Assembly: GCA_047601445.1 (NCBI GenBank)
Contig: JASGJH010000001.1
Coordinates: 7,872,001 to 7,936,000, forward strand
Source of the DNA: Myxococcales bacterium
Lineage (GTDB): Bacteria > Myxococcota_A > Polyangia > Polyangiales > DASUME01
DNA: 64,000 nucleotides
Reading direction: 5' to 3'
The position numbers and the translations under genes were made by a program. The notes beneath the pieces were generated by a model. That model did not search any database and had not been told where the DNA came from. It saw only the letters and a list, made by a program, of their open reading frames with translations. Positions 31,754-40,256 of the stretch are shown here, one piece after another (positions within the stretch are counted from its first letter, which is position 1; every line of letters starts with the position of its first letter).

Positions 31754-32743
31754 CTAGCAAACCCGGGACACGCGGACGCCGATCTCACCGCGCTGCACGA
31801 TGAGGGCGCCTTCGGCCAAGAGGGTTTCGCCCCGCAGCAGTTTCACGGGATCGCTGGGAACGTCGCGCACCCGCAGCGGCTCACCCTGCAGGAAGCGCGC
31901 GAGCTGAGCGAAGCCCAGTGTTGGACTGGCCAGCCGGAGTCGCAGCGCATCGGGCGCGGGGATCGAGGGGGGCGCGTGCGCCGTGACGCGCAGTGCGCCC
32001 TCGGCAAGGCGGGCCCCAAATCGCGGCTTCCAACCGAGCACGCCCACCTCGACCTGACCGAGCAGGCCCGAGGTCGTCACGGTGAGCGCGAGCGCGTCGC
32101 TCAACAAGACGTCGCCCGGCTCGAGGTTGACCAGTGACTCCTCGTTATCGATTCAATCTCCGAGTTCGATGACGAGCTCGGTCTCGAGGGCGACTCGGGC
32201 GACGAGGGGGGCACTGAGCAAGAGCCGCAGGTCGACCGTGCCGAGTGACGTCTGGAGCGCCAAGGGCCAAACGACGCAGCTCCCCAGATAGCCCGACAGC
32301 GGCTCGGGCCGCGCGCGCCCTAAGTCGCTCAATTGAAAGCGGGGCCAGAGTTCGTGGAGGGCGCGGCCCAGCGCGTACGCGAGCACCCCGGACTCCGGCT
32401 CCGTGAGTTCACGAACGTGACCGACGCGCCCCTCACCCCCGAGTACCCGATCGACCCAGCGGGCGGCGTCGCTGCTCGGGACCAGGAGGCAGGCCGTTTG
32501 CTGGCCGTCCTGGGGAACCCCAACGAATTGGCAGGCCATATCGTCGCCACGCACCCAGCGAGAGAGCTCGCCGGGCTCAATCTGGGTCGGCAGCCCGGGC
32601 GCCACGGTCAGGTTTCCCGAGCCCCAAAGGCGCTTTCCGAGTTCCTGGACTGCCGGCTGGCCGAGCAGCCATTCGGGGAAGTGCGCCAGCGAAACGACGC
32701 CTTTGTCTTGCTCTCCCGTACTCGCGCTCGCGCTGGCTCCCAC
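31754..32743 (-). CDS. FliM/SctQ-like C-ring protein with C-terminal SPOA (FliM/FliN C) domain and an in-frame TGA at 32153-32155
   Basis: The two track ORFs are in the same frame. N-part WVDRVLGG...RELTEPE; C-part LEPGDVLL...LLAEGALIVQRGEIGVRV. Confidence 0.65.
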
Positions 32744-32792
32744 TTTTCTCCTATACTGCCCGGGCCGTGGGACGGGGAGGGGATCTAGTTAC

Positions 32793-33947
32793 GTGAACGC
32801 GCCAGCCTCCTACATCGGGAAGGAGATCGCGGGACAATTCCGCATCATTCAGCGGATCGGCTCGGGCGGCATGGGTGCCGTGTTCAAGGCCGAGCAACCC
32901 GAGATGAACCGCTTCGTCGCGGTCAAGATCCTCCACCCAAAGTACGTCTCCCGCCCCGATCTGGTCTCTCGCTTCCGTCGCGAAGCGCGTGCGATGAGTC
33001 ACCTTTCTCATCCCAACACCGCGCGCGTATTCATGTACGGACAGCTCGAGGACAACGCCTGCTACATCGTGATGGAGTACCTGGAGGGCAAGAACCTCGC
33101 GCAGGTCACGCGGGCGGAGGGCATGCTGCAGCCCATACGCGCCTCCAACATCATGGTGCAGGTCTGCGGAGCGCTCGAGGAAGCGCATCGCCAGGGCATC
33201 ATTCATCGCGATCTCAAGCCCGAAAACATCTTCCTGACCACCCAGGGCGGCATCGCGGACTTCCCCAAGGTGCTCGACTTCGGCCTGGCCAAGGTCACCC
33301 AGCGCGAGATGCGTCCAGGCTCCCTGATCTTGACCCAGGAGGGCATGGTCTTCGGTACCCCGGAGTTCATGAGCCCGGAGCAAGCTCGCGGACAGCCGCT
33401 CGACGCGCGTTCGGACATCTACTCGCTGGGCTGCATCCTTTACGAGATGCTCACGGGCAAGCTGCCTTTCGACGCGGCTCAGCCCATGGACTACCTGGCC
33501 CTGCAGATCCGGGGCACCCCGATCCCGCTCGGGCAGCGCATCTCCGGTCTCACTTTCCCGCCTGGCCTCGAGTCGGTGGTCATGAAGACCATCGAGAAGG
33601 ACCCCGCCAAGCGCTACCCGAGCGCGGCGGACTTCGCGATGGCCCTCAAGGGCGTGCTGCAAGGCGACGTGCGGGACGACGCGATGCGCTCGGTGCCTCC
33701 AAGCGACGAGAGTCAGCGTTTTTACCTGGAGGGGCGCGAGGCTGCGGAGCAAGGGCGTAGCAAGATGCCGAGCGTACCGGTTCCGAGCGGTGGCAAGTCC
33801 GCTTCGGCGCGTCCGGCGGCCACGGCGGCGCCTTCGGAGTTGGCCCGTTCGTTCGGCCAGTCCCCCGTGCTGTGGGCGGCACTCGGAGCCGGGGCGATGC
33901 TCGTTTTGGGTGGGCTGATCGTGTTGGCGCTGCTTCTTCTGCGCTGA
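32793..33947 (+). CDS. Ser/Thr protein kinase with C-terminal TM helix
   Basis: GSGGMGAV, VAVK, HRDLKPEN, DFG and GTPEFMSPEQ. Confidence 0.95.
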   Translation: MNAPASYIGKEIAGQFRIIQRIGSGGMGAVFKAEQPEMNRFVAVKILHPKYVSRPDLVSRFRREARAMSHLSHPNTARVFMYGQLEDNACYIVMEYLEGKNLAQVTRAEGMLQPIRASNIMVQVCGALEEAHRQGIIHRDLKPENIFLTTQGGIADFPKVLDFGLAKVTQREMRPGSLILTQEGMVFGTPEFMSPEQARGQPLDARSDIYSLGCILYEMLTGKLPFDAAQPMDYLALQIRGTPIPLGQRISGLTFPPGLESVVMKTIEKDPAKRYPSAADFAMALKGVLQGDVRDDAMRSVPPSDESQRFYLEGREAAEQGRSKMPSVPVPSGGKSASARPAATAAPSELARSFGQSPVLWAALGAGAMLVLGGLIVLALLLLR

Positions 33948-34140
33948 TCTTCGCTTTTGTTTCCAGCCAACGGTTGATTTGACGACCTAAGGGCCCTATC
34001 TCCGGGGCACGCGGTTGACGGGCTCGTTTGGCCTTTGCTATACCGCCGCACCTTTCGGCACCGGAGAGCCCCAACGCGGGCCTCGACGCTGGGCAAAAGG
34101 CGGCCTTCGTCGAAACGCGCAGGTCCGCGCGCGAGCAAAC

Positions 34141-35028
34141 ATGATGGACGCTGTACGCGAACGCCAACTGTCCGAAACTGCACGCGATATTCTTTCGCTT
34201 GCCAAGCCTCGTATCACCCTCATGGTGCTGATCACGACGGCCGGTGGTTTGGCCCTGGCCAAGGGAGCCGCGGGCTTCGACCTCACGAAGGCGTTGTTTA
34301 CCCTGTTGGGTACCGCCTTGGTGGTCGGCTCGGCGAACACGCTCAACTGCTGGCTCGAGCGAGACAGCGATCGCCACATGACCCGCACCAAGGGACGTCC
34401 GCTGCCGGCTGGGCGCCTCGCCCCCAACGTTGCCCTGCTGTTCGGTCTGTTCCTCGGCGTGGTGTCCATTCCGCTGCTCACGCTCGGCGTGAACCAGTTG
34501 ACGGGCTTGCTCGCGGCCATCGCGCTGTTCAGCTACGTCCTGGTCTACACCCCCATGAAGCAGAAGAGCCCGGCCGCCTTGCTGGTGGGCTCCGTGCCTG
34601 GCGCGCTGCCGCCGCTCATCGGCTGGACTGCCGTCACCGGGCGCCTGGACTGGGCCGGCCTGGCGTTGTTCGGGGTGCTGTTCTTCTGGCAGCTCCCGCA
34701 CTTCATCGCGATCGCCATCTTCCGTGAGGAGGAATACACGCGGGCAGGCATCAAGGTGCTGCCGGCCGTGCGTGGTCTGCGAGTGGCCAAGGTTCACGCG
34801 GTGGTGCACGCCGTGCTGCTGCTGGCGGCGAGCTTGGTGCTGGTGCCGCTGAAGGTGGCTGGCACGGCCTACTTCGCGGTGGCTTTGGTGCTCGGCGTGG
34901 GGATGGTCGTGATGACCCTGCGCGGCTTCTTGCCGGGCGCAGGGCATCGCTGGGCGCGTCAGGTGTTCGCGGCGTCGCTGGTGTACCTCCCGGTGTTGTT
35001 TGCAGCGCTCGCGCTGGATGCCGTATAG
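34141..35028 (+). CDS. cyoE: Protoheme IX farnesyltransferase (heme o synthase)
   Basis: LAKPRI, ERDSDRHMTRTKGRPLP, YTPMK, GALPPLIGW and FWQLPHF. Confidence 0.95.
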   Translation: MMDAVRERQLSETARDILSLAKPRITLMVLITTAGGLALAKGAAGFDLTKALFTLLGTALVVGSANTLNCWLERDSDRHMTRTKGRPLPAGRLAPNVALLFGLFLGVVSIPLLTLGVNQLTGLLAAIALFSYVLVYTPMKQKSPAALLVGSVPGALPPLIGWTAVTGRLDWAGLALFGVLFFWQLPHFIAIAIFREEEYTRAGIKVLPAVRGLRVAKVHAVVHAVLLLAASLVLVPLKVAGTAYFAVALVLGVGMVVMTLRGFLPGAGHRWARQVFAASLVYLPVLFAALALDAV

Positions 35029-35102
35029 GGCGCGCCGGGCCGCCGCCGGGACGCCGTGTGCTGGCAGGCGGGCACGTATTGGCCGCTGAGGATGGCGTTC
35101 CC

Positions 35103-35712
35103 ATGAAGAAGGTTCGGCTGCTCCTGTGGGCTTTGTTCGCCGTGGCTGGCGTGGGTGCCTTCGCGGCCCACCGCTTGGGCGCGTCGTCCGAAGAGGGAAC
35201 CACCAAGGGCGCGCTCGGGCACGTGCCCTCGTTTTCATTGCTGGATCAGCAGGGGCGTCGGGTTACCGACAGGGACCTCGCAGGGCATGTCTGGGTCGCG
35301 AACTTCGTGTTCACTCGCTGTCCGAGCGTGTGTCCCCTGCTCACGGCCAAGTTCGCTGCGCTGCAAAAGCAGCTCGGGACGCTCCCGGTGCGGTTCGTGT
35401 CGATTCTCGGTCGACCCGGAGTACGACACGCCCCAGGTGCTCTCGGCCTACGCCGCGCGCTTCGAGGCCGATCCCGTGCGCTGGCAGTTCCTCACCGGTC
35501 CGTTGCAGGACATCGAGCGTACCGTGGTGCAGGGCTTCAAGGTCCACCGGGGGGACCCCGAGCCGAGCCCAGCCGATCCGAACCTGGTCGAGATCATGCA
35601 CGGTGAGCATTTCGTCCTGGTGGACGCCCACGGCGATATTCGCGGCTACTACCGCAGTGACAAGGCCGGCCTCAAGGAGCTCGAGAACGACCTGCGCGAG
35701 CTGCTCCAGTAG
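35103..35712 (+). CDS. SCO family copper chaperone, +1 frameshift at ~35404
   Basis: FVFTRCPSVCP in one frame, then SVDPEYDTP...WQFLTG...HGEHFVLVD..G.IRGYY in the next. Removing one base restores V-S-I/F-S-V-D-P. Confidence 0.88.
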
Positions 35713-35857
35713 CGGCGGGACGAACAGGGCAGCGCGCCGGACGAGTTCGTACGCGTCGACGAAGACGACCCGCTGACGAGGAGGGTACACGCCTCCGGGG
35801 CCAGGCCCTTGGTTGTGGCGGCGCGAGCGGATCCGGCCGGGGGCCGGCCAGGCGCGC

Positions 35858-36688
35858 TCAGCTCGTGCAGGAGTCCTTGGGCAGCTTCTTGATCGCCTTC
35901 AGCTTCTCCTTCGCCTTCTCGACGAGGGGAGAGCTGGTCTGCGTCTTGATCAAGGTGTCCAAGGTGGTCTTGGCGTCGCTGCAGGCCTTGAGGCGGAAGA
36001 AGGCCTCCGCCATGTCGAGCAGCGCTTCGTCCACGGCGTCGCCACCGCGGAAGTTTTCGATGACCTTCCTCAGCTCGCCGAGGGCGGTGGCGGGACGGTT
36101 CTCGATGAGGTAGCTGGCGCCGATCCAGTACTGGGCGTTGTCCGACTGGGCGTCGGTCTTGTAGCGGTCGATGTAGGCGCGGAAGAGCGAGCGGGCCTTG
36201 GCGAAGTCGCGATCACTGTAGGCGCGGTAAGCCGCCGCGTAGTGTTCGTTCTTGTCGCTGGGGATGGCATCCGCCGCGGGCGTGGCCTCGCCTCCCGCGC
36301 TCGCGCCAGCCGCCTTGCTCTCGGTCTGCGTCTTCTTGAGCTCTTCCACCGAGAACTGCAGCTCGGCGATGCGCCCTTCGGCGACCGCCAGCTTGGTGGA
36401 AAGGTCGCTGACCTGCACCGTGACGTCTGCGCTGTTGCGCTGGACGACGGTGGTCGCGCGTTCGATGACGCCCTCGAGCTGGTCGATGCTCTGCTGGGCC
36501 TTGGCTTCCGCTTGCTTCAGCTGCTCGAGCTGCGCGTTCTGCGCAGCTTCGAGCTTCTGCACGCGGGCTTGCTCGGCATCCAAGTCTCGGCGGAGCTGAT
36601 CGCCTTCGCCTGATGAGGTCCAAAGGAAACAGCCGCTGAGCGTGGTGATGAGCCACGCCGAGCAGGCGAGAGAAGCCACGCGTGACAT
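35858..36688 (-). CDS. cpoB: CpoB/YbgF-like Tol-Pal lipoprotein (coiled coil plus TPR)
   Basis: Lipobox LSGC, coiled coil and the TPR segment DNAQYWIG. Lies downstream of a pal-like gene. Confidence 0.82.
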   Translation of the reverse strand: MSRVASLACSAWLITTLSGCFLWTSSGEGDQLRRDLDAEQARVQKLEAAQNAQLEQLKQAEAKAQQSIDQLEGVIERATTVVQRNSADVTVQVSDLSTKLAVAEGRIAELQFSVEELKKTQTESKAAGASAGGEATPAADAIPSDKNEHYAAAYRAYSDRDFAKARSLFRAYIDRYKTDAQSDNAQYWIGASYLIENRPATALGELRKVIENFRGGDAVDEALLDMAEAFFRLKACSDAKTTLDTLIKTQTSSPLVEKAKEKLKAIKKLPKDSCTS

Positions 36689-36729
36689 GCGGATGTCGGC
36701 CCTTATCTGCGCTGGAGAGCGCCCTGGCT

Positions 36730-37407
36730 TCACTTCGTGGTGAATTCGACGCGACGGTCCTTGGCCCAGCCGCTCTCGTCGTCGCCACGCGCCATCTCTT
36801 CGCCCATGGACGAAGTGCTGGTCTTGCCCTTCTCCACGCCGAGGCTGCCCATGTACTGCTCCACGGAGCGAGCACGACGATCGCCGAGGGCGAGGTTGTA
36901 CTCTTCGGTGCCGCGCGGATCGGTGTAGCCCGTGACGCGCACGCCGCTCATGCCGCGCTCGCGGATGCAGTTCGCGTTCTTGGCGATCTGGTCGCGGGCG
37001 GAGGGCTCCAGCGTGGCGGAGTCGTAGTCGAAGTAAATGGTCTCGAGCTGGCAGGGGCCGCTCGAGGTGGGCTGCTGCTCGACCGGTTCGCTGCTGACCA
37101 TCTCACAGCGATTGGACACGCAGTTCTGGCCGCCGGGGCAGGGGTGCGACTCGTCGCAGTAGTTCGGGATGGGGTCGCAGGCGCCGGCGTTGCACTGCTG
37201 GCCGGGGCCGCAGTCGGCATCCGAGCGGCACTTTTGGCAGAGCTGGTTGACGCAGAATTCGCCTGCCTTGCAGTCCCCATCCTCCTCGCAGTTCGGGTAC
37301 TTCGGTCCGCAGCCGGACCCGAAGAGTCCTACGCTCAGCACGAAGGCCGCAGCGGCGAGAAGTTGGCTAAAGGAGCCAACGGTCAGGATGTTCGATTGCG
37401 TGGACAT
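36730..37407 (-). CDS. pal: Pal/OmpA-family lipoprotein with Cys-rich N-terminal repeats
   Basis: Lipobox GSGC. IYFDYDS, GYTDPRGTEEYNLALGDRRA and WAKDRRVEF. Confidence 0.85.
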   Translation of the reverse strand: MSTQSNILTVGSFSQLLAAAAFVLSVGLFGSGCGPKYPNCEEDGDCKAGEFCVNQLCQKCRSDADCGPGQQCNAGACDPIPNYCDESHPCPGGQNCVSNRCEMVSSEPVEQQPTSSGPCQLETIYFDYDSATLEPSARDQIAKNANCIRERGMSGVRVTGYTDPRGTEEYNLALGDRRARSVEQYMGSLGVEKGKTSTSSMGEEMARGDDESGWAKDRRVEFTTK

Positions 37408-37631
37408 GTGATCGTTCCTCCCAGCAGGTCGACGCTTCTTACCGCCGTCTGGAAGGGGCGCAAGGGGTCAGACTGCCGGATGCACGTTTTTGCTTGCAAA
37501 AGTGCAGCCGCACGCCCCAGCCGTAGAACACTCAGGAATCCCTGCCTGAGTCACCCTGGATAGGGTAGGTGGGCACCCCTGGCCGGCGTCTGAAGGTTTG
37601 CGGAAACCGCGCCCCGGGGCACACTCGCGGC

Positions 37632-38831
37632 GTGACCGGACTCCCGCTAGCTGCTCGTCTTTCTTCGGTGAAACCCTCGGCCACGGCGAGCTTTTCCCAG
37701 CGGGCCCAGGACCTGCGGGCGCGCGGCGTGGATGTGCTGCCATTCGGGGTCGGGGAACCAGATTTCGCGACTCCCACCCACGTGCTCGAGGCGGCCAAAC
37801 GGGCCCTCGACGACGGGGCCACCCGCTACACGAGCGTGCGCGGAATTCTCTCGCTGCGGGAGGCGATTTGCCGCGACTCGGAGATCCTGAGGGGGGGAAT
37901 TCGGCACCGGCCGGACGAGGTCGTGGTCTCCGTGGGGGCCAAGCACAGTCTGTTCAACCTGTGCTTCGTGCTGCTCGGACCGGGAGACGAAGCGGTGGTG
38001 CCCACGCCCTGTTGGGTGAGCTATCCGGAGCAGTGCACGCTCGCTGGTGCCACCCCGGTCCTGGTGGAAACGCGCGAGGAGGACGGTTTCCGGCTGACTC
38101 CCGCGGCCCTGGAGTCGGCGCTCAGCGAGCGCACGCGCGCGCTGTTCCTGTGCTCACCGTGCAACCCCACCGGGGCTGCGTACACGCGCGAGCAGCTGAG
38201 CGGAATCGCTGAAATCGCGCGGCGTCATCGCTTCTGGATCGTGGTGGACGAGATCTACGGCGGGCTTACTTATGCGGGCTTTCGCCAGCACTCGCTGCTG
38301 GAAGTGGCGCCGGACCTGCGCGACCGCGTGATCGTCGTCGATGGTGTGAGCAAGCGCTTCGCGATGACGGGTTTTCGCATCGGTTGGATGCTCGGGCCCA
38401 AGCACGTGGCGGAGGCCTGCGAGGTGATTCAGAGCCAGACCACCACGAGCCCAGCTGCGGTGGCGCAGCACGCCGCGATCGCGGCGCTCGAGGGGCCGAA
38501 GGAGCCCGTGGAGGCCATGCGTCAGGCCTTCGAGCGGCGCCGCGAGATCGCGGTGCAGGGACTCAATGCCATCCCTGGGCTGCGCTGTCGCGAGCCCGAA
38601 GGAGCGTTCTATGCCTTCTTCGACGTGCGCGCCTATCTGGGCCGCGAGTTGGGCGGACGGCGAATCGACGACGACTGGGCGCTGGCGGAGTACCTGCTGG
38701 AGGAGGCCCACTGTGCCTTCGTGGCCGGCAGTGCCTTCCTGGCGCCGGGCTACCTGCGCATGTCCTACGCGGCCAGCGAGGCCCAGATTCGCGAGGGGCT
38801 GAGCCGGCTCGCGCGGGCGCTCTCGCGCTGA
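37632..38831 (+). CDS. Class I/II PLP-dependent (aspartate) aminotransferase
   Basis: GVGEPDF, SVGAK, SPCNPTG, DEIY, GVSKRFAMTGFRIG and PEGAFY. Confidence 0.93.
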   Translation: MTGLPLAARLSSVKPSATASFSQRAQDLRARGVDVLPFGVGEPDFATPTHVLEAAKRALDDGATRYTSVRGILSLREAICRDSEILRGGIRHRPDEVVVSVGAKHSLFNLCFVLLGPGDEAVVPTPCWVSYPEQCTLAGATPVLVETREEDGFRLTPAALESALSERTRALFLCSPCNPTGAAYTREQLSGIAEIARRHRFWIVVDEIYGGLTYAGFRQHSLLEVAPDLRDRVIVVDGVSKRFAMTGFRIGWMLGPKHVAEACEVIQSQTTTSPAAVAQHAAIAALEGPKEPVEAMRQAFERRREIAVQGLNAIPGLRCREPEGAFYAFFDVRAYLGRELGGRRIDDDWALAEYLLEEAHCAFVAGSAFLAPGYLRMSYAASEAQIREGLSRLARALSR

Positions 38832-38835
38832 ACGT

Positions 38836-40224
38836 TCACTTGGATTCGGACGGGTCCTTGCCGGGGCCTCCGAAGAGTCGGCCGAGGAAGCTCGGGCGCT
38901 TCTCCACGCCGCCTGGCGCGGCCGGAGGCTGCGGCGGGAGCTTGGGCGGTGGCGCCTTCGGCTTGGCAGTGGCGACGACTTCTTCTTCGTCCTCCACCAC
39001 CTCGTCGAGGTCCATCTCGATCTCGAAGTCTTCGTCCGTGGAGGCGGCGGGGTTGGCCTGGCCGCCGGTCACCGAGTCGAACGCGCTGGTGTCGAACACG
39101 TTCGTGGGGTCGTCGCCAAGCTCGTCTTCGACGGGCAATTTGCCGGCATTTCGCACGGCGGCACTGGCTGCCAGGTCCTTGGGCACGCGAGGGGCGCCGA
39201 GGTCGCGCAGCAGGTCGTCGACGCTGTCTTGATCGGGATCGCTCATGGGGCCAGCGGGCACACTGCTGGGGCTGCTGGCCTCGTCGAACAGCGCGTCGAA
39301 CTCGGCGTCCGGGTCGCGCTCGCGATGGCCCGAAGGGGGCGGCATGCTCGGCTCGAGCTCATCGCTGAGTCCACCGAACGTGGCGGAAGTGAGCGGTGCT
39401 GCAGGCGTGCTCTCGGGACCGCTGGCGGCGGCGTCGAACAACGCGAGCACGGCGTCGGTCTCCTCGTCGTCGTCGGTCACCGCAGGAGCGGGGGGCTTGA
39501 TCGAGGGCTTCGTCGCGGCTTTGGCGGCGGGCTTCTCGGACTTGGCCGGCTTTTCGGACTTGGCGGGTCTTTCGGACCTGGCCGGCTTTTCGGACTTGGC
39601 GGGCCTCTCGGACTTGGCCGGCGTCGCAGGCAACACGCTCTTGGGCTTTCCCAGGCTGGTCTTGCTGGTGCTCGCGTCGGCGCCCGAGAGCGCGGCAAAC
39701 TCGGCTTCGAAGTCCGCGTCGGTGTCTTCGTCTAGGCTCGAATCGGGCGAAGGCGGATCCAGGGCGAAGGATCCGCTGCGCGGAGACGGCTCGTCGAGCG
39801 AGAGCTCTCCCGAGTGCGGGGCTGCTTGCTGCTGTACGGGCTCCGGCAGCACGATCTCTTCACTCCGCGGTGGCGCACCACGTGGTGGCGCTGCGGAAGC
39901 AGCAGGCGCGGCCGCAGGGGCCTCCGAAGCAGGTGCCACGGCGACGGGCTTGGGCGCTGGAGCTGGAGCGGGCGACTGCGCGACGCTCGCAGGTTCGGGC
40001 TGTGCCGGGCTCACGAGCTGTGGCTTCGGTTTGCTTGGGAGCGCGACCCTGGGTGCTGGCTCACGACGCAGCGGAACGGCGTTGCCGAGGTCTGCCAACA
40101 GTCTATCGACGTCTGTCAGCGAGCGCATGTCGCCGACGAGGATGCGCGCGAGCTGGAGCGCGTCGGCTCGCACCTTGCCGAGCGCGGCGAGCTGCGCGTC
40201 CAAGTCCGTAAAATCAAACCCCAT
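38836..40224 (-). CDS. Hypothetical acidic, Pro/Ala-rich, largely disordered protein with C-terminal amphipathic motif
   Basis: Coding-like codon use from ATG 40224 (MGFDFTDLDAQL). Ends EKRPSFLGRLFGG. Confidence 0.7.
   Translation of the reverse strand: MGFDFTDLDAQLAALGKVRADALQLARILVGDMRSLTDVDRLLADLGNAVPLRREPAPRVALPSKPKPQLVSPAQPEPASVAQSPAPAPAPKPVAVAPASEAPAAAPAASAAPPRGAPPRSEEIVLPEPVQQQAAPHSGELSLDEPSPRSGSFALDPPSPDSSLDEDTDADFEAEFAALSGADASTSKTSLGKPKSVLPATPAKSERPAKSEKPARSERPAKSEKPAKSEKPAAKAATKPSIKPPAPAVTDDDEETDAVLALFDAAASGPESTPAAPLTSATFGGLSDELEPSMPPPSGHRERDPDAEFDALFDEASSPSSVPAGPMSDPDQDSVDDLLRDLGAPRVPKDLAASAAVRNAGKLPVEDELGDDPTNVFDTSAFDSVTGGQANPAASTDEDFEIEMDLDEVVEDEEEVVATAKPKAPPPKLPPQPPAAPGGVEKRPSFLGRLFGGPGKDPSESK
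39530..39621 (-). repeat. 5 x 18-bp tandem repeat encoding PA(K/R)SE(K/R)
   Basis: Units GGCTTYTCGGACTTGGCS at 39530, 39548, 39566, 39584 and 39602. Confidence 0.9.
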
Positions 40225-40256
40225 GTGCGTATTGGGACACACCGCAGGGGGTTCGA

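Noticed and set aside
32153..32155. Selenocysteine recoding of the in-frame TGA
   Set aside because: Not a redox protein, no Cys expected at this position, and no convincing SECIS seen.
39530..39621. Tandem repeats as a CRISPR array
   Set aside because: No spacers, in-frame 18-bp coding repeats, and no cas genes.
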